From Phoronis australis (Eukaryota; Animalia; Phoronida), in assembly GCA_002633005.1 (NCBI GenBank), contig NMRA01000351.1, positions 1 to 64,000 on the forward strand: a stretch of 64,000 nt of DNA, written 5' to 3'. The position numbers and the translations under genes are program-made. The notes under the pieces were generated by a model. The model made no database searches. It was given only the letters and a program-made list of their open reading frames with translations, and was not told the DNA's origin. This document shows, one piece after another, positions 24,149-35,080 of the stretch (position 1 is the first letter of the stretch; each line of letters begins with the position of its first letter).

Positions 24149-24656
24149 CAGGGCTTGGAATTTTCCAAGGAAACGCGGATTTCCACTTTTTTCAAGTGTT
24201 CTGTCCGCGTATTTTATTATATTTCCACGTAAAAAATCGGATTTTTGATTTAAAATTTGCGCAGAAAATTTCTTACCACAGCATTGCCGACGATTTTCAC
24301 CTCGAAAGCGGAAATTGCGCTTTATGTTTCGGAAGAACGTAAATTGTCACCATTGCCTGGGCACCTGGGATAGCGTGGTCTTCTTGAATGGCGTCTCATG
24401 AGAATGTAAATCGCGGTGACAAATACTACGACTCAGTCAGCAGCCAAAAATGGGTGGAGGTGGGAGTGGACAGACGAGCTAAAAAGATGCAGTTGCATGC
24501 TTCTGGAGTTGGTACCTTTTTTTAGTCCTCCCGATGTTTTGTCAGCAAAAGGTCCACATTGAGAAAAATTCGAGCCCCCATTTTCAAGGCTAGGTGTGCA
24601 TATGTTTAGGGCCGTAAAAATTTCCGCTTTTTTGTCATGGCTCATTCCAAGCCCTG
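24149..24656. mobile_element. CAGGGCTTGGAAT-TIR MITE (hAT-like) with a 6-bp TSD ATAAAT
   Basis: TIR cagggcttggaat / attccaagccctg. ATAAAT at 24143-24148 and 24657-24662. The paralogous site near 59555 is empty. Confidence 0.85.
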
Positions 24657-24931
24657 ATAAATAACTAATATACTGCTTCCATTTTGGGGCGAGTGATGCT
24701 TGGCCTTCATCCCCGGCCCAGATTGAATGCTACGACCCACAGGCTTATGCATTGTGTTTATAGACCGTGCTCCTTCCATCGTGGCAATAGTGAAAACAAG
24801 TGACCCAGGTTTAGTGCCCTTTTCGGTGATTATTAAGTGTCTATTTTGTGAATACTGACCACCCCTTGGTTCAGTTGGTTGTGGCTCACATATGTCTGCA
24901 TCATTTCTGTGCAAGTTGGTCGAGTTCCTAC

Positions 24932-25110
24932 CAGGGGCGGATCTAGGATTTTTAGTTAGGGGTAGACCAGGGCAGGGTATTAGCCAGGATTTTGTCCATC
25001 AGACGTTCAAATCCACGAACTGCGAAATGGAATCTGGGAGAATTTTACGGGGGGGGGGGGNNNNNNNNNGGGGGGCATGGCCCCCTTGACCCCCTCTAAA
25101 ACCGTCACTG
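24932..25110. mobile_element. Short CAGGGGCGGATCTAG-type MITE (hAT-like) with an apparent 5-bp TSD
   Basis: caggggcggatctag ... ctctaaaaccgtcactg with flanks cctac/cttac. Empty in the paralog near 59310. Contains 9 Ns. Confidence 0.7.
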
Positions 25111-26200
25111 CTTACGGCCTCAAAGCTACCGAAAGTTTGCTAAGGTATTTTCAAGTACTTGAGTGTGATGCCCGTATCCATTCTCCTCTGTGTCCATAAT
25201 ATAATTGTCCAGTTCTAACTCAAAATCATCCACTTCTGATCTGCTGTTCCGCCATTGCAATTGACTGTCAAGTGACCAAACGTCTTCCACCCACTACATC
25301 ATTTGGCGGGAAACTTGGAAATAACTAATTTTACTTCAGTATTAAAAAAAATCATGACTGTTTTTCATAAAAAGTGCTTATTTAGTTAGATTTTATGGTA
25401 TTCATTTATTCATTTCATATTAGCTAACTGAAACCTTAAAAACTATGAAAATGCATGGTGGAAACTCTTTAAAACTTTGTACAAATAACTATCAAGAAGA
25501 TGTTATCTTCAAGATTGTGGTTGAGTGGATTTTGAGGTTCTGTGGTTTTATATCCTTTGTGGCTTTAGTTTTGCTAAAATGTTGTTTATCTATTTCACCA
25601 GACCTTCAAAAATGTCCCTCTTTGAAGTTATGGGAAATGACTTGTATTGTGCTTAGTTTGTGCCATGGTTTTGGTGACTCATCTTTTGGCTTAAAATCAT
25701 CATTTTGCTAACTACAATACTTAACTGTTAATGTTCATATGTTCGAAGTGTAAAAAAAGAATTAGAGAATTTACTCTTGGGCTTTATAACTTGTCAGTTT
25801 GTCATTTAGGGGTTTGTGTGTTTTTGTAACAGTTAGTAAAAAAATAGGTACTAAGTATACTTTAAAGGCGAAGGCAACCTTTTTCCAGGTCATTTTGAGC
25901 TAAAATAAGGTTGGTTGGTTATCCTAGATATATTTTCCACTTAATTACATCTTTTCGTAATTTTATAAATTACTCGTCGGCTACTCCGGAAGTGACGTTT
26001 TAGGAGGCAAGCGTTTCCCGCCACTTGGTTTTGCGTTGACTTTTACCGTTCGAATCTGTTCTAATCTGCTTTTGTTTTGTGCTGTTTTTCGACAATTGTC
26101 ACCACCACTTTCCATCGGCGAGTATTCTGCGGCAAGATAGGTTAGTAGAGAACTCAACTACGTTGGATTTAGGGATTGTTTAGTGTGTTGTAAGCTGAAA

Positions 26201-26497
26201 ATGGCTGGAGTCGGTGACCCGTATCACAGTGACAGTAGTGACCTTGTTCACAGCAGTGGTGACGAGGAATTTTTTCACGGGCATTCAGTGGGTGGGTACA
26301 TGTTTGAGCCCGAGTATAACGAGGCAGCGTACGCATAGGCACAGGCAGCTGTTGAGAGAATCGAGGCGGCTACTGAGGACAGACGTGGTGACACATCTTG
26401 GTGCAAATGCACTGTGTGAGTTGTTATGCCTACCTCAATGGAATGCTTGTGCTGTTCAGAGTTCGACGAGGCCAAGCCACTACAGGATATGGTTAAG
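26201..26497 (+). pseudogene. KolX / P2X7 C-terminal Cys-rich-domain-like protein, N-terminal part
   Basis: MAGVGDPYHSDSSD...GYMFEPEYNEAAYA*...RRGDTSWCKCTV*VVMPTSMECLCCSEF. The WCxCxxC..MPT..ECLCC motif is present, with in-frame stops at 26336 and 26417. Not in the ORF track. Confidence 0.8.
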
Positions 26498-26499
26498 TG

Positions 26500-26770
26500 G
26501 ACCTCCGGCATACCACGGATAGAGGAACAACTGTCCCACTTACCAGAGTGTCCCGCGACACACTCCCACTGGATGGTGACCTGAGCACCCAAACTGCTTA
26601 CACCGTGTCGTGTGACTCCCTCGCCACACACCTGGCACCTTCTAAATAGCTCCAACACTTTAGACAAGTCCTCAATAAACTTATCAAAGTTTGGCTCACC
26701 AATCTGTTCACTGGACGACGAACTGTCCTCTTCACTGGGTGTCTAACTGAGCCTGTAATCACTCCCACTA
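26500..26770 (-). pseudogene. Kolobok transposase N-terminal Cys/His region (frameshifted continuation of the THAP ORF; DDE core deleted)
   Basis: DKFIEDLSKVLELFRRCQVCG...GAQVTIQWECVAGHSGKWDS..IRGMPE, ending at the junction with the KolX remnant. Confidence 0.7.
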
Positions 26771-26771
26771 C

Positions 26772-27290
26772 TCAATATCGCTGCAGGGCTGCTTGGAGGC
26801 TCTGGGCTGGAGAAAACAGCACAGGGCGAATCACTACTGGTTCCAGGAATTGCATGCTCTGGGGTACGTTCGGAGGCACGGGTGCACGGGTGACAGTAGA
26901 TGAAGTGCCTCCACTGGCTCCAGTCGCTGTACTGGCCATAACTCGCGAGGCTTCTCGCTTCAAAAACGCACTTCTCGGGGGTGGCGACGGGGCACTGCCG
27001 GGAATCAACGCAGACGGAATGGCATCCTTCTTCAGACGTTGTTTCGCAGGGACCTTCATCAATTCAGCATACAAATCCCTTTCGTAGTCGGACGGCAGAA
27101 AGTGCTTGCCACACACACGGTAATTCTCCACTGCTTTGTACGTTGCGTGGACGGGTAACGCTGTGTTCTTCACACGAACGAGCCAAGTACGGCGAAGTGT
27201 GTCATCCATCGGAAAGCGATGCAAAGGTACTCCCAAAGCGCGCGTGAGCCGATAATTAGTACATCCTGGTACGCAGCAACAGTGTGGCAT
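26772..27290 (-). CDS. Open 172-aa THAP-domain ORF (5' part of the Kolobok transposase)
   Basis: MPHCCCVPGCTN...LHRFPMDDTLRRTWLVRVK...YRVCGKHFLPSDY...RLKKDAIPS: complete C2CH THAP signature including the AVP-type box. Expression unknown. Confidence 0.8.
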   Translation of the reverse strand: MPHCCCVPGCTNYRLTRALGVPLHRFPMDDTLRRTWLVRVKNTALPVHATYKAVENYRVCGKHFLPSDYERDLYAELMKVPAKQRLKKDAIPSALIPGSAPSPPPRSAFLKREASRVMASTATGASGGTSSTVTRAPVPPNVPQSMQFLEPVVIRPVLFSPAQSLQAALQRY

Positions 27291-27808
27291 GTTGACTGAC
27301 TTGTAAATAAAAGCAAACGATGACGGAACTTAACACAACCGAGGTAGAACAATGACTGACTCGGCAGCTCTCACAGTCAGACTATATGAAAAGAAATTGG
27401 CACGAAATGCTTGCCTCCTAAAACGTCACTTCCGGAGTAGCGGACGAGTAATTAATAAAATTACGAAAAGCTGTAATTAAGTGGAAATATGTCTAGGATA
27501 ACCAACCAACCTTATTTTAGCTCAAAATGACATGGAAGAAGGTTGCCTTCGCCTTTAAAACATTCGTATCAGTGAGGTGACCATATTTCTTTCGATATAA
27601 ATATTTAACGTGAAATCTCAAAAATGCTTTTACAATTTTCTGAATTCTCGCTTTAAAGTAGTTTTGTGCGGATGTTGATTTTTTCATGAAATTACCAAAG
27701 TCCAATTTTTATTAACCATTGTTAATCATTTCTTCTGGAGATTTTGGAGCAGTGGGCATCATTTGAATCGGACCAGACATTTTTGAGATACTCTTAAAAT
27801 ATTAAAAC

Positions 27809-28086
27809 TTTTGTCACTTTTCTGTTCTCACAACTCTTGTCACTTTTCCATTCTCACTACCTTTTTGTTAATTTTAACATTATCACAACCCCTTTGTCAC
27901 TTTTCCATTCGCACAAACTCTTTGTCACTTTCCATTCTCGCAACCCTTTTGCCACTTTTCATTCTCACAACCCTTTTTTGTCACTTTCCATTCTCACAAC
28001 CCTTTGTGACTTTTCTATTCTCACAAACCCTTTGCCGCTTTTCATTCTCACTTTCCATTCTCACAACCCCGTTGTCACTTTCCAAT
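27809..28086. repeat. ~26-27-bp pyrimidine-rich minisatellite (TTGTCACTTTTCCATTCTCACAACCCT)
   Basis: Read directly; about 10 degenerate copies. Confidence 0.9.
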
Positions 28087-28829
28087 TTTAAAAATGCAAA
28101 AATGACTACTGTTTACTTTTCAGTTTCAAAAAAGTAATTTCTGTCATGTTCGTTGTTTGCCTTATTGTTCATTTTTTGACTTTAAAATTCATATGTTAAA
28201 CATGTGTGTTCGTTTAATTAGCCATAGTTACATCTCATCCAGCGTTTTTGGTTAAACCCACAGGGACTAACTCCCTTCAATCTACGACTGCGCCATCAAG
28301 TGGTGTGCTGAGGAATTAACTGGATATCCTGGAGATAGTCAATGCACGGTTTCTCATCCACATGCACACAAATCCTGTGAGCGGAAGATTTGCCTGACAT
28401 ACCTCTAAATTCCAGCTTCAATCCTCTAAATCCCAGCCACGTACCAGTAATCACTAAAATTGAAGTATTAAAAATTAACAGTTTTTCTTGCAAATCTGTT
28501 TCATATGATTGCCTTGTTTACCTAAACATTCAAGAATGAATGGACTCATCGGAGAAAGCCCAAGAGTTATTATCTCTGCGGCGAAGGATGTTGAAGTTCA
28601 CTCTCTCCGATTGAATTGCCAGCAGTCACTGGTACGGTGCGCGGCTTTAGACGCTCTGCGGCTGGGTTTAAGATCTTTTATAGACCTAACTATCCCCAAT
28701 TCCCGTACCAGGATGAATTTCAAAAATATTTTGACTTGTTTGCGACAGATGTGATGTGCGATGTCTATGGTTAAAGTGCGACATATTTGTTTACGTTGAT
28801 TTCCTTTGTTGGATTTCAGTAGATAATTC

Positions 28830-29095
28830 ATATATTGCAAAGCATCCAGGGGAGGCTTGGATGTACTTATGACTGTAGAGTCATCAAAATTTATTCAGTC
28901 CCATGATGAGGATTTAACACAGCATGTGTAATGACCACCCGACGTGTTTCTGCCATGGTGTTCAAGGACTGCTATTATTTTATAGCCAGAGAGGCCATAC
29001 GAGGAAATCTGTGTGTTGATTTTTTTACCATTAGTGGCGGTTCATAAGATGTGAATAGGAAAAGCTAAAGGGCAATTACATTTGTGACGGACGTA
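28830..29095 (-). pseudogene. Ubiquitin-specific protease (C19) His-box fragment
   Basis: Minus-strand KINTQI...GYKIIAVLEHHGRNTSGGHYTCCVKSSSWD*INFDDSTV matches the USP His box (HxG...GHY...W..FDD..V). Contains stops. Confidence 0.7.
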
Positions 29096-29320
29096 AAGTA
29101 AGAGAACATTTCGATAAATTGTGAAAAAATGTTCATAATAGGAAAATAATTAATACATCAATTGTTAGGTCTCATTGATAGCTTTCAAAGTCTGTATCAA
29201 CTTTTCTCCTATCTTTTAATCTGACTGAGAAAATTGCCTTTAAAGGGGTGTGACGGACGTACGCAGACAATTTTTTTTCTAAAAGAAAATTTTAACGTTG
29301 AATTTCTGTGAGTTGCATTA

Positions 29321-32300
29321 CGGTGTTTTCTCTATTAGTTCGTACACTAGTGTACGAACTATTTTTCCCTTGAGAGCTTCGTGTACCAATTAAGACAAAA
29401 TTGTCCGTACGAAATATTAGAGAAGAAAGTCGAGTGTTCGAATTATTAGAAATAAAGGTCGATGATGATGACGAGTGCAATGACGGCCTCTGAGACGGTG
29501 GTTTGGCAATGTGAATTATAACAAGTTACAAATTATTTTCCCGGGTGATGGATTTACTTCAAAATATAATGCTAAATGATCTCTTTATCACTTTATTTTC
29601 TTCCCATGTTTGCAAACTTCAGGAACCACGCCGCCTTCGGAACCTCCGCTTTCTGCGATGTCGTCTGCCGCACTTATTTTCTGGCTGTAGTGCACTAGAT
29701 AAAATATGCATTCGAAAAAATCAGGCCACAGAAATGTGAGGGTGGTTTTGCCAACACTCCCAATTCGATTTAGAAGGGAAGGTCTCGGATTTTGAACAAT
29801 TCTCATGCCTCACAAAAAGGTGTCAAGTTCTCCCTATTTTGATGAAATTTCCCCGACGCCAGTTGTTTGTTAGTTAGTTCGGGCCAGCTTCAGCCGAAAC
29901 AAAATTCTTCCCATAGAATCGAGCCTGAAAAAGCTACGTGGTCGACTGGCAGCCCATGGAATGAAAATTGGCGCTGGTGGGAGGGGGTTGTAAGGAGAAG
30001 AATAAAAAAGATCGCTGAAAGGTGGCTACGGGCCCGAAACATTGAGCCTAGAGCCACGTGGTTCTGGGTAACATTGGGCCCAAGGAATATCGCAAAGCAA
30101 TGGGTCTTTTAACCCCATGGGGTCTAAGTTTATTGGCAATTAAATTAACACCTTGGGTGGCTGAAACTTATCTGGTACAGAGTCGAGCAGGCATGTGTTC
30201 AGTAACAGTAGGACCGGCGCTAGGACCTAGCTAAAATCTAGCTGAAGTCACATGCTCTCATTTAAAATACACGGCAATATCTCACATCAAGAATCTCGCG
30301 AAGTCTTGTTTTTAGCGAAGACCTAGCGTTACTGAATGGGAGGCACTATACTCTCTCAGTTACCACTGGCGTTATTCTCGTTTGATGTGCGACTTTGAAA
30401 TGACGCGCGTGTATGTTCCCACACTTGAATCGCTGGAGTGCATGTTACATTGACAGCAACATATGTGAGTGACAGGTGACTTATACATGTGAGCGTGCTG
30501 AGCCCCAGAAAGTATAGTATGGTTGGAGAATGCGTTTGCTGTCTTGCCATAAAGAGACGCATTTCCAAGTCACTGTCTGTCGGGATATTGCGCGCAAACA
30601 TCGGGATCGACCAGTGACGATATTGTTGGGGATATAGTAATAGGCTAATCAGGACAGCTTGCATGAAAAATAAATGTTTTTTCATCACAAATTCGGTAAG
30701 TTGGTCAGTAGTGAATGAAACATTGCTGTGACGTTTTTAATTCATCACATATTGATGTCGTGGTCTGAATTTTTTGCCGGCTCATCCAAAAATTTGTAAA
30801 AGTAGCCAAAAATACCAGCCAATGAAATGCGTCAAAGATCGGTTCTGAAACAAAGACATCCCATATTCACGCAACATGTTTACAACTCAATGAAGAGGGC
30901 CGAAGGTTCAACTTGATTTGGAAACAACCAAATAACGGCCGGATTTGCACAAGTGCCAGGTATCTACTTGCTGCCAAAAGTTAGCCCAGGCTAGCGTTCT
31001 TGGGAATTTTCACGTTGCATGTTATAACTTGATACGAAGTGACAAGTCTCGGCTTGCATTTCCAAATTTCAGGTTGTGAATGTCTAGCGCCGAGTTGATT
31101 TAACAACCGACACTGAACTAGCGCATACTCGCTGAGTTAAGCCAATTTTCTGGTTAGAGCTAGTCACTAACTTACTGCGGCTACCGATCACTCGAATAAT
31201 TGGCGATTTGTTATTTTTACCAACAAAGGTACGAGTACGAACTATTTTTTGCTCGACCACCTACTGTACGAAGTATTTTTCCTAGGACCCTCACTTATAC
31301 AGGTTCTTAAAGGAGAATGCCACCCGATTTAATTAGTCTTTTTTGCCGTCTTAACCGGTCTATATCTACATCGCCTCGCATACGGTCGACCTTACCTTGC
31401 CAAGAGGTGTCGCGTTAACCTGTGAGGAAGGTGAGGACGACGCTAGCGACGTCAGTGGTTCATATGCAGAGTGAATGCCGCTACATTGCGGTGCATCGTT
31501 CCCGTTTGTCCAAACTAAGCAGCTGCGAGGAAAGCGGGTATATCGCATTTTTACTTCCTCGAGAGTCCGAAATGCTTAGGAAGTGGCTCATGGTAGTGAA
31601 GAATGAAATGTATGCTGTAAATAGCAAGTATGAGGCCGTGAAACATCTCCGTGTCTGTGGCCTGCAGACGTCGACAGTGCCTGACGAATGCCGGCTTACC
31701 AAATAACTCCATACGTTCCGTTGTCTGAGCTTGTTCACGCGCCACTCTAGTATTTCTTCATCACTGTATTCCTGTTCGAATTGATAGCCTGTAAAACTTA
31801 ACGATCCACCTGCGAAGTCGGGACTGATGAGCTCTAGCTCGTCCTAAGTCGGGATTGCGAGTTGCCATGTTGGCGTTTATTACTGAGCGTTCTGTTTCAA
31901 AATGAATTATTCTCACTCTAACAAAAACTTATATAAAACTGAAACAAACTCTGTCTCATTAGATGCAATTTGTAATGCCTTTGGAGTGTTCGTGAGTGCA
32001 AATGATTTGAGAAGCCAGCAATGAATAAATCGCTGCGTTACAGGCTTTAGGTGCAATAAAACTAATTGACGGGACACTGAGGCCGTGTGAGCTCATGCTA
32101 ATTTAGTGTTTGCTGGCAGAAACTGTTGTGAAACAACTCAATTTCCATCCCACGGCCAGGTGTTAGGCGAATATTGATTTACATTTACAGTACTCAAATA
32201 ATGATTGTCAATGTACAACTTCTGCCCTGACGGTGCTGTGTCCAAAGTAGAACCTGAATTCACGGCCCCCGACGAGTAAGTAGATTTGCAGTTTCGTGGC

Positions 32301-33676
32301 TAATTCACCAACATAATCACGTGCACATTACTTTGGCTCACTAGTATAGTATTTTCTTGACTGGAAGTTTAGTTTCCGCTGAACTTTGGCTGGTTTATAT
32401 TTGTGATGTCTGATTAGTTTCCGAGCCACTGGCCGGGATAACGACTCAATCCGGCCAGCCGCGAAGGGCCTGATCGGGCTCCGAGCCACTGGCCAGGATA
32501 ACAAGCGTTTTGTGTTTAGAACTCAAAAAATCACAAGTCTAAACAACACAGATCTAGGCTCTCCTGTCTGTATCTCACGGAAAATACTTCGACATTGTCT
32601 CCGAACAGACCTCAAACTGTTGCTACGGACCTTATTGGCCTTCCGAACTTTGCGGGCTACGGTGTGTCCAAATACCAATAAATCTGTAAGAGCGAAATAA
32701 AACAACACGTTTTTATGAGAACTCGGTGTATTTTTAATCGATGTTTGATGATTTATTGGTGTTAAACGATGACTTTCAGCTATAAGCTGACACCAGTAAC
32801 CGATGTTGTGAACTGCTGAACAGACTGCTTGGGAAACCGATGACGTCATTGGATAATTTCAACACCTCCGTCTGCCGTCAGGTGTCAGGTAACGCAACCG
32901 TACGTGTCGTTTTGGAGTAGAACTACTCGATCTAAATTGATACAAATTAGGTTGTTTTTTGGGTGGCATGCTCCTTTAATAGACTCGTCCCGATTCAAAG
33001 TCATAAAATATCAAGCAAATACTTGCTGTTGAGTAATACCCTTGCAGTTACTTTTGGTTGGGGACTGGCTCATGTCCGCTTACTTCCGTTTCTCATCTTC
33101 AAGATTGCAAGCGCTCACTTCGCCATGTGAGAATAGTTGCAATCATACTGGAGCACTGTATAGTCATGTGTCATCTGCGCACTACGGTCACTGGAATGAG
33201 CTCTAATATTTAGACTACAGGACGACATGGTACTGTTACTCCGCAGTTTTGTAAATTTATTCTTGTAGTACTAATCTGAGGGTAACAACCTTGTTTGGAA
33301 AATCCGCTGTTATGACAATTTTACTGCCATTTGGCGACACACTGGAAAATCTTATCGCAATTTCCACATTTTCTGTCGCCAAAAATGGCGATCTGAAAAA
33401 TGACTTTTCGAAATCTATGCTAGCGTAATAAAGCAAATAATGGATTCCGATTAACTAAATAGATTTGGCGCTTATTGATTTGTGTTCTTTTATAAGAATG
33501 AAAATTTCCATTTTACCGATATAAAAAGCTTGTACGAATTATTTTTTCCGACGCAAATATGTGTACGAACTATTTTTCCATCGGACACCTACTACACGAA
33601 CTATTGGAGACAAGTTGCATGTTTCAAGGGTCCTGTACAAACTAATAGAGTGTACGAATTAAAAGAGAAAACACCG
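29321..33676. mobile_element. TA-flanked non-autonomous TIR element (CGGTGTTTTCTC ends) hosting a Kolobok insertion
   Basis: TA|cggtgttttctctattagttcgtacac ... gtgtacgaattaaaagagaaaacaccg|TA. Subterminal tgtacgaactattttt motifs are repeated. Confidence 0.85.
31311..32975 (+). mobile_element. Kolobok-type 'family C' deletion derivative with TTAA TSD
   Basis: TTAA|aggagaatgccaccc ... gggtggcatgctcct|TTAA. THAP remnant on + from ATG 31475 (CIVPVCPN../LPRESEMLRKWLMVVKN..HLRVCG). KolX-like start on - from ATG 31868 (frameshifted GYQFEQEYSDEEI). The two meet at ~31670. Confidence 0.9.
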
Positions 33677-35080
33677 TAATTCGCAGAGGAAGTTCAGGGA
33701 CTCTGACTTAGTTCATTACATCCCTACAGTCTAATATTGTGTGCAAATACCCAACTCCCTCAGTGGTAACACTGACAGTTTAATAGAGTGGTTTATCTTA
33801 ATTGTTATTAGGTATGTTTTGTTGACTTTTGATTTGGTCTGTGAGAAAGCAGTAGATGACCCATGGTAATTGGCCTATTATGTTGCTTAGTCAGCAGAAT
33901 TAATGAAGCAAAATACTTGCTGATCTACTTTCTAGTTTTAGGTTATGAATATCAAATTTCTTGTCAAATTTTTCCGAACTGAAAAACCCTATTCACATAC
34001 TATTCAAGTATGCTATTTAAAAACTTTGAAAATAAAAGTTTATATAACATTGTGGACCCCAGTGTTTACAACATGTGTATGAATAGTTGGTGGTCTGATT
34101 ACACAATTTAATTTCCAGAGAACAATAATACCAGCTGAAGCTGGATGGTTTCTGTTTCTACCCTGTGAGATTTTCAATACAAAGAATAGCACTAGGTGAA
34201 CCTTTTACAGTTATTGTCTTTCTATTGCTGTTAATTAGGGAAGCCCAGCTGTTGATGATCTTATCCAACGTCAGCTAAATCAATATTCTGAATACAGGTT
34301 GTGCAGTATCAGGTTAGTGAGACACCATGTTCAGGGAGGTGTATGCACTGGTCAAATCTCCAGGTTCCTGTCTAAAACACATTCAATTAAAAAAAGGTTA
34401 CAACAAGTTAGACATGATTCTGAAAGTGACAAAAAGTCGAAAAAGAAAGTTTTTATGGTATACATATTTAAAATATTGTTTTTTCTTATTTGTCGAAAAT
34501 CTAATTTTACCTCGATTTTTTCCAAAATGATCTGGCATTATTATTATCTGTTTCCTAATTATTCATGCCAAATACATGTATCAAATTATTATGGTCTTAA
34601 TTTTGTGGCACTTTTTGTGTGTGGGTTGTGGCAAGCACGCCTCCTGTCATTTGGTCACTTTCCGTCCAATAAATAAAGATGTAGTCTATGTGTCAAAAAA
34701 CCCTGGCACGCGATTGTACATCAGTTAGGGTGGATTTCAAATTTGCAAACTGCATAGAAACTGATCCATGCGTTACGAAAAAATATGTCTGAGAATCTTG
34801 TCATCACGGGGAAATCACTGGCCGAGAAAAACGGTTTGGAAGTTAAGCAGGCATCGCTTGGCACTCATTAGATCTAAATTCTTTCAAAATGAGTGGTCAT
34901 AATTTTCCAATTTTTATTGATATAACAGACATGAGGCTGATATTTACTTCGTGTATAGAAAATATGACATACCTGTTTGTTTACAATATAATTTAAATCA
35001 TTTTTGTGAACTTGTGACTGCTGTTACATGAGCACTGTGTTACATGGTGTGCTGACCAGCAACGTGTCTCAGATTGTTTA

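Larger units (their letters stand above)
20908..25468 (+). mobile_element. Kolobok-type 'family D' copy 1 (THAP remnant on +, KolX-like remnant on -) with three nested insertions
   Basis: Ends agagttgccaccatg ... catggtggaaactct+TTAA (25469-25472); the left TTAA is not preserved. Collinear, in inverted orientation, with 52869-60016 once the inserts are removed. Confidence 0.8.
25866..27554. mobile_element. Kolobok-type DNA transposon deletion derivative ('family K') with ~160-bp TIRs and TTAA TSD
   Basis: TTAA|aggcgaaggcaacc... and ...ggttgccttcgcct|TTAA; long TIRs at 25866-26025 and 27397-27554; convergent THAP-transposase and KolX remnants inside. Confidence 0.92.

Noticed and set aside
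25862-27558. piggyBac assignment for the TTAA-flanked elements
   Set aside because: The termini are AGG/AGA rather than CCC/CCY, and THAP plus a convergent Cys-rich gene fits Kolobok.
34238-34300. AG..GT-bounded open segment (GSPAVDDLIQRQLNQYSEY) as a candidate exon
   Set aside because: No resemblance to HSD17B7 or any protein I recognise, and the splice signals are weak.
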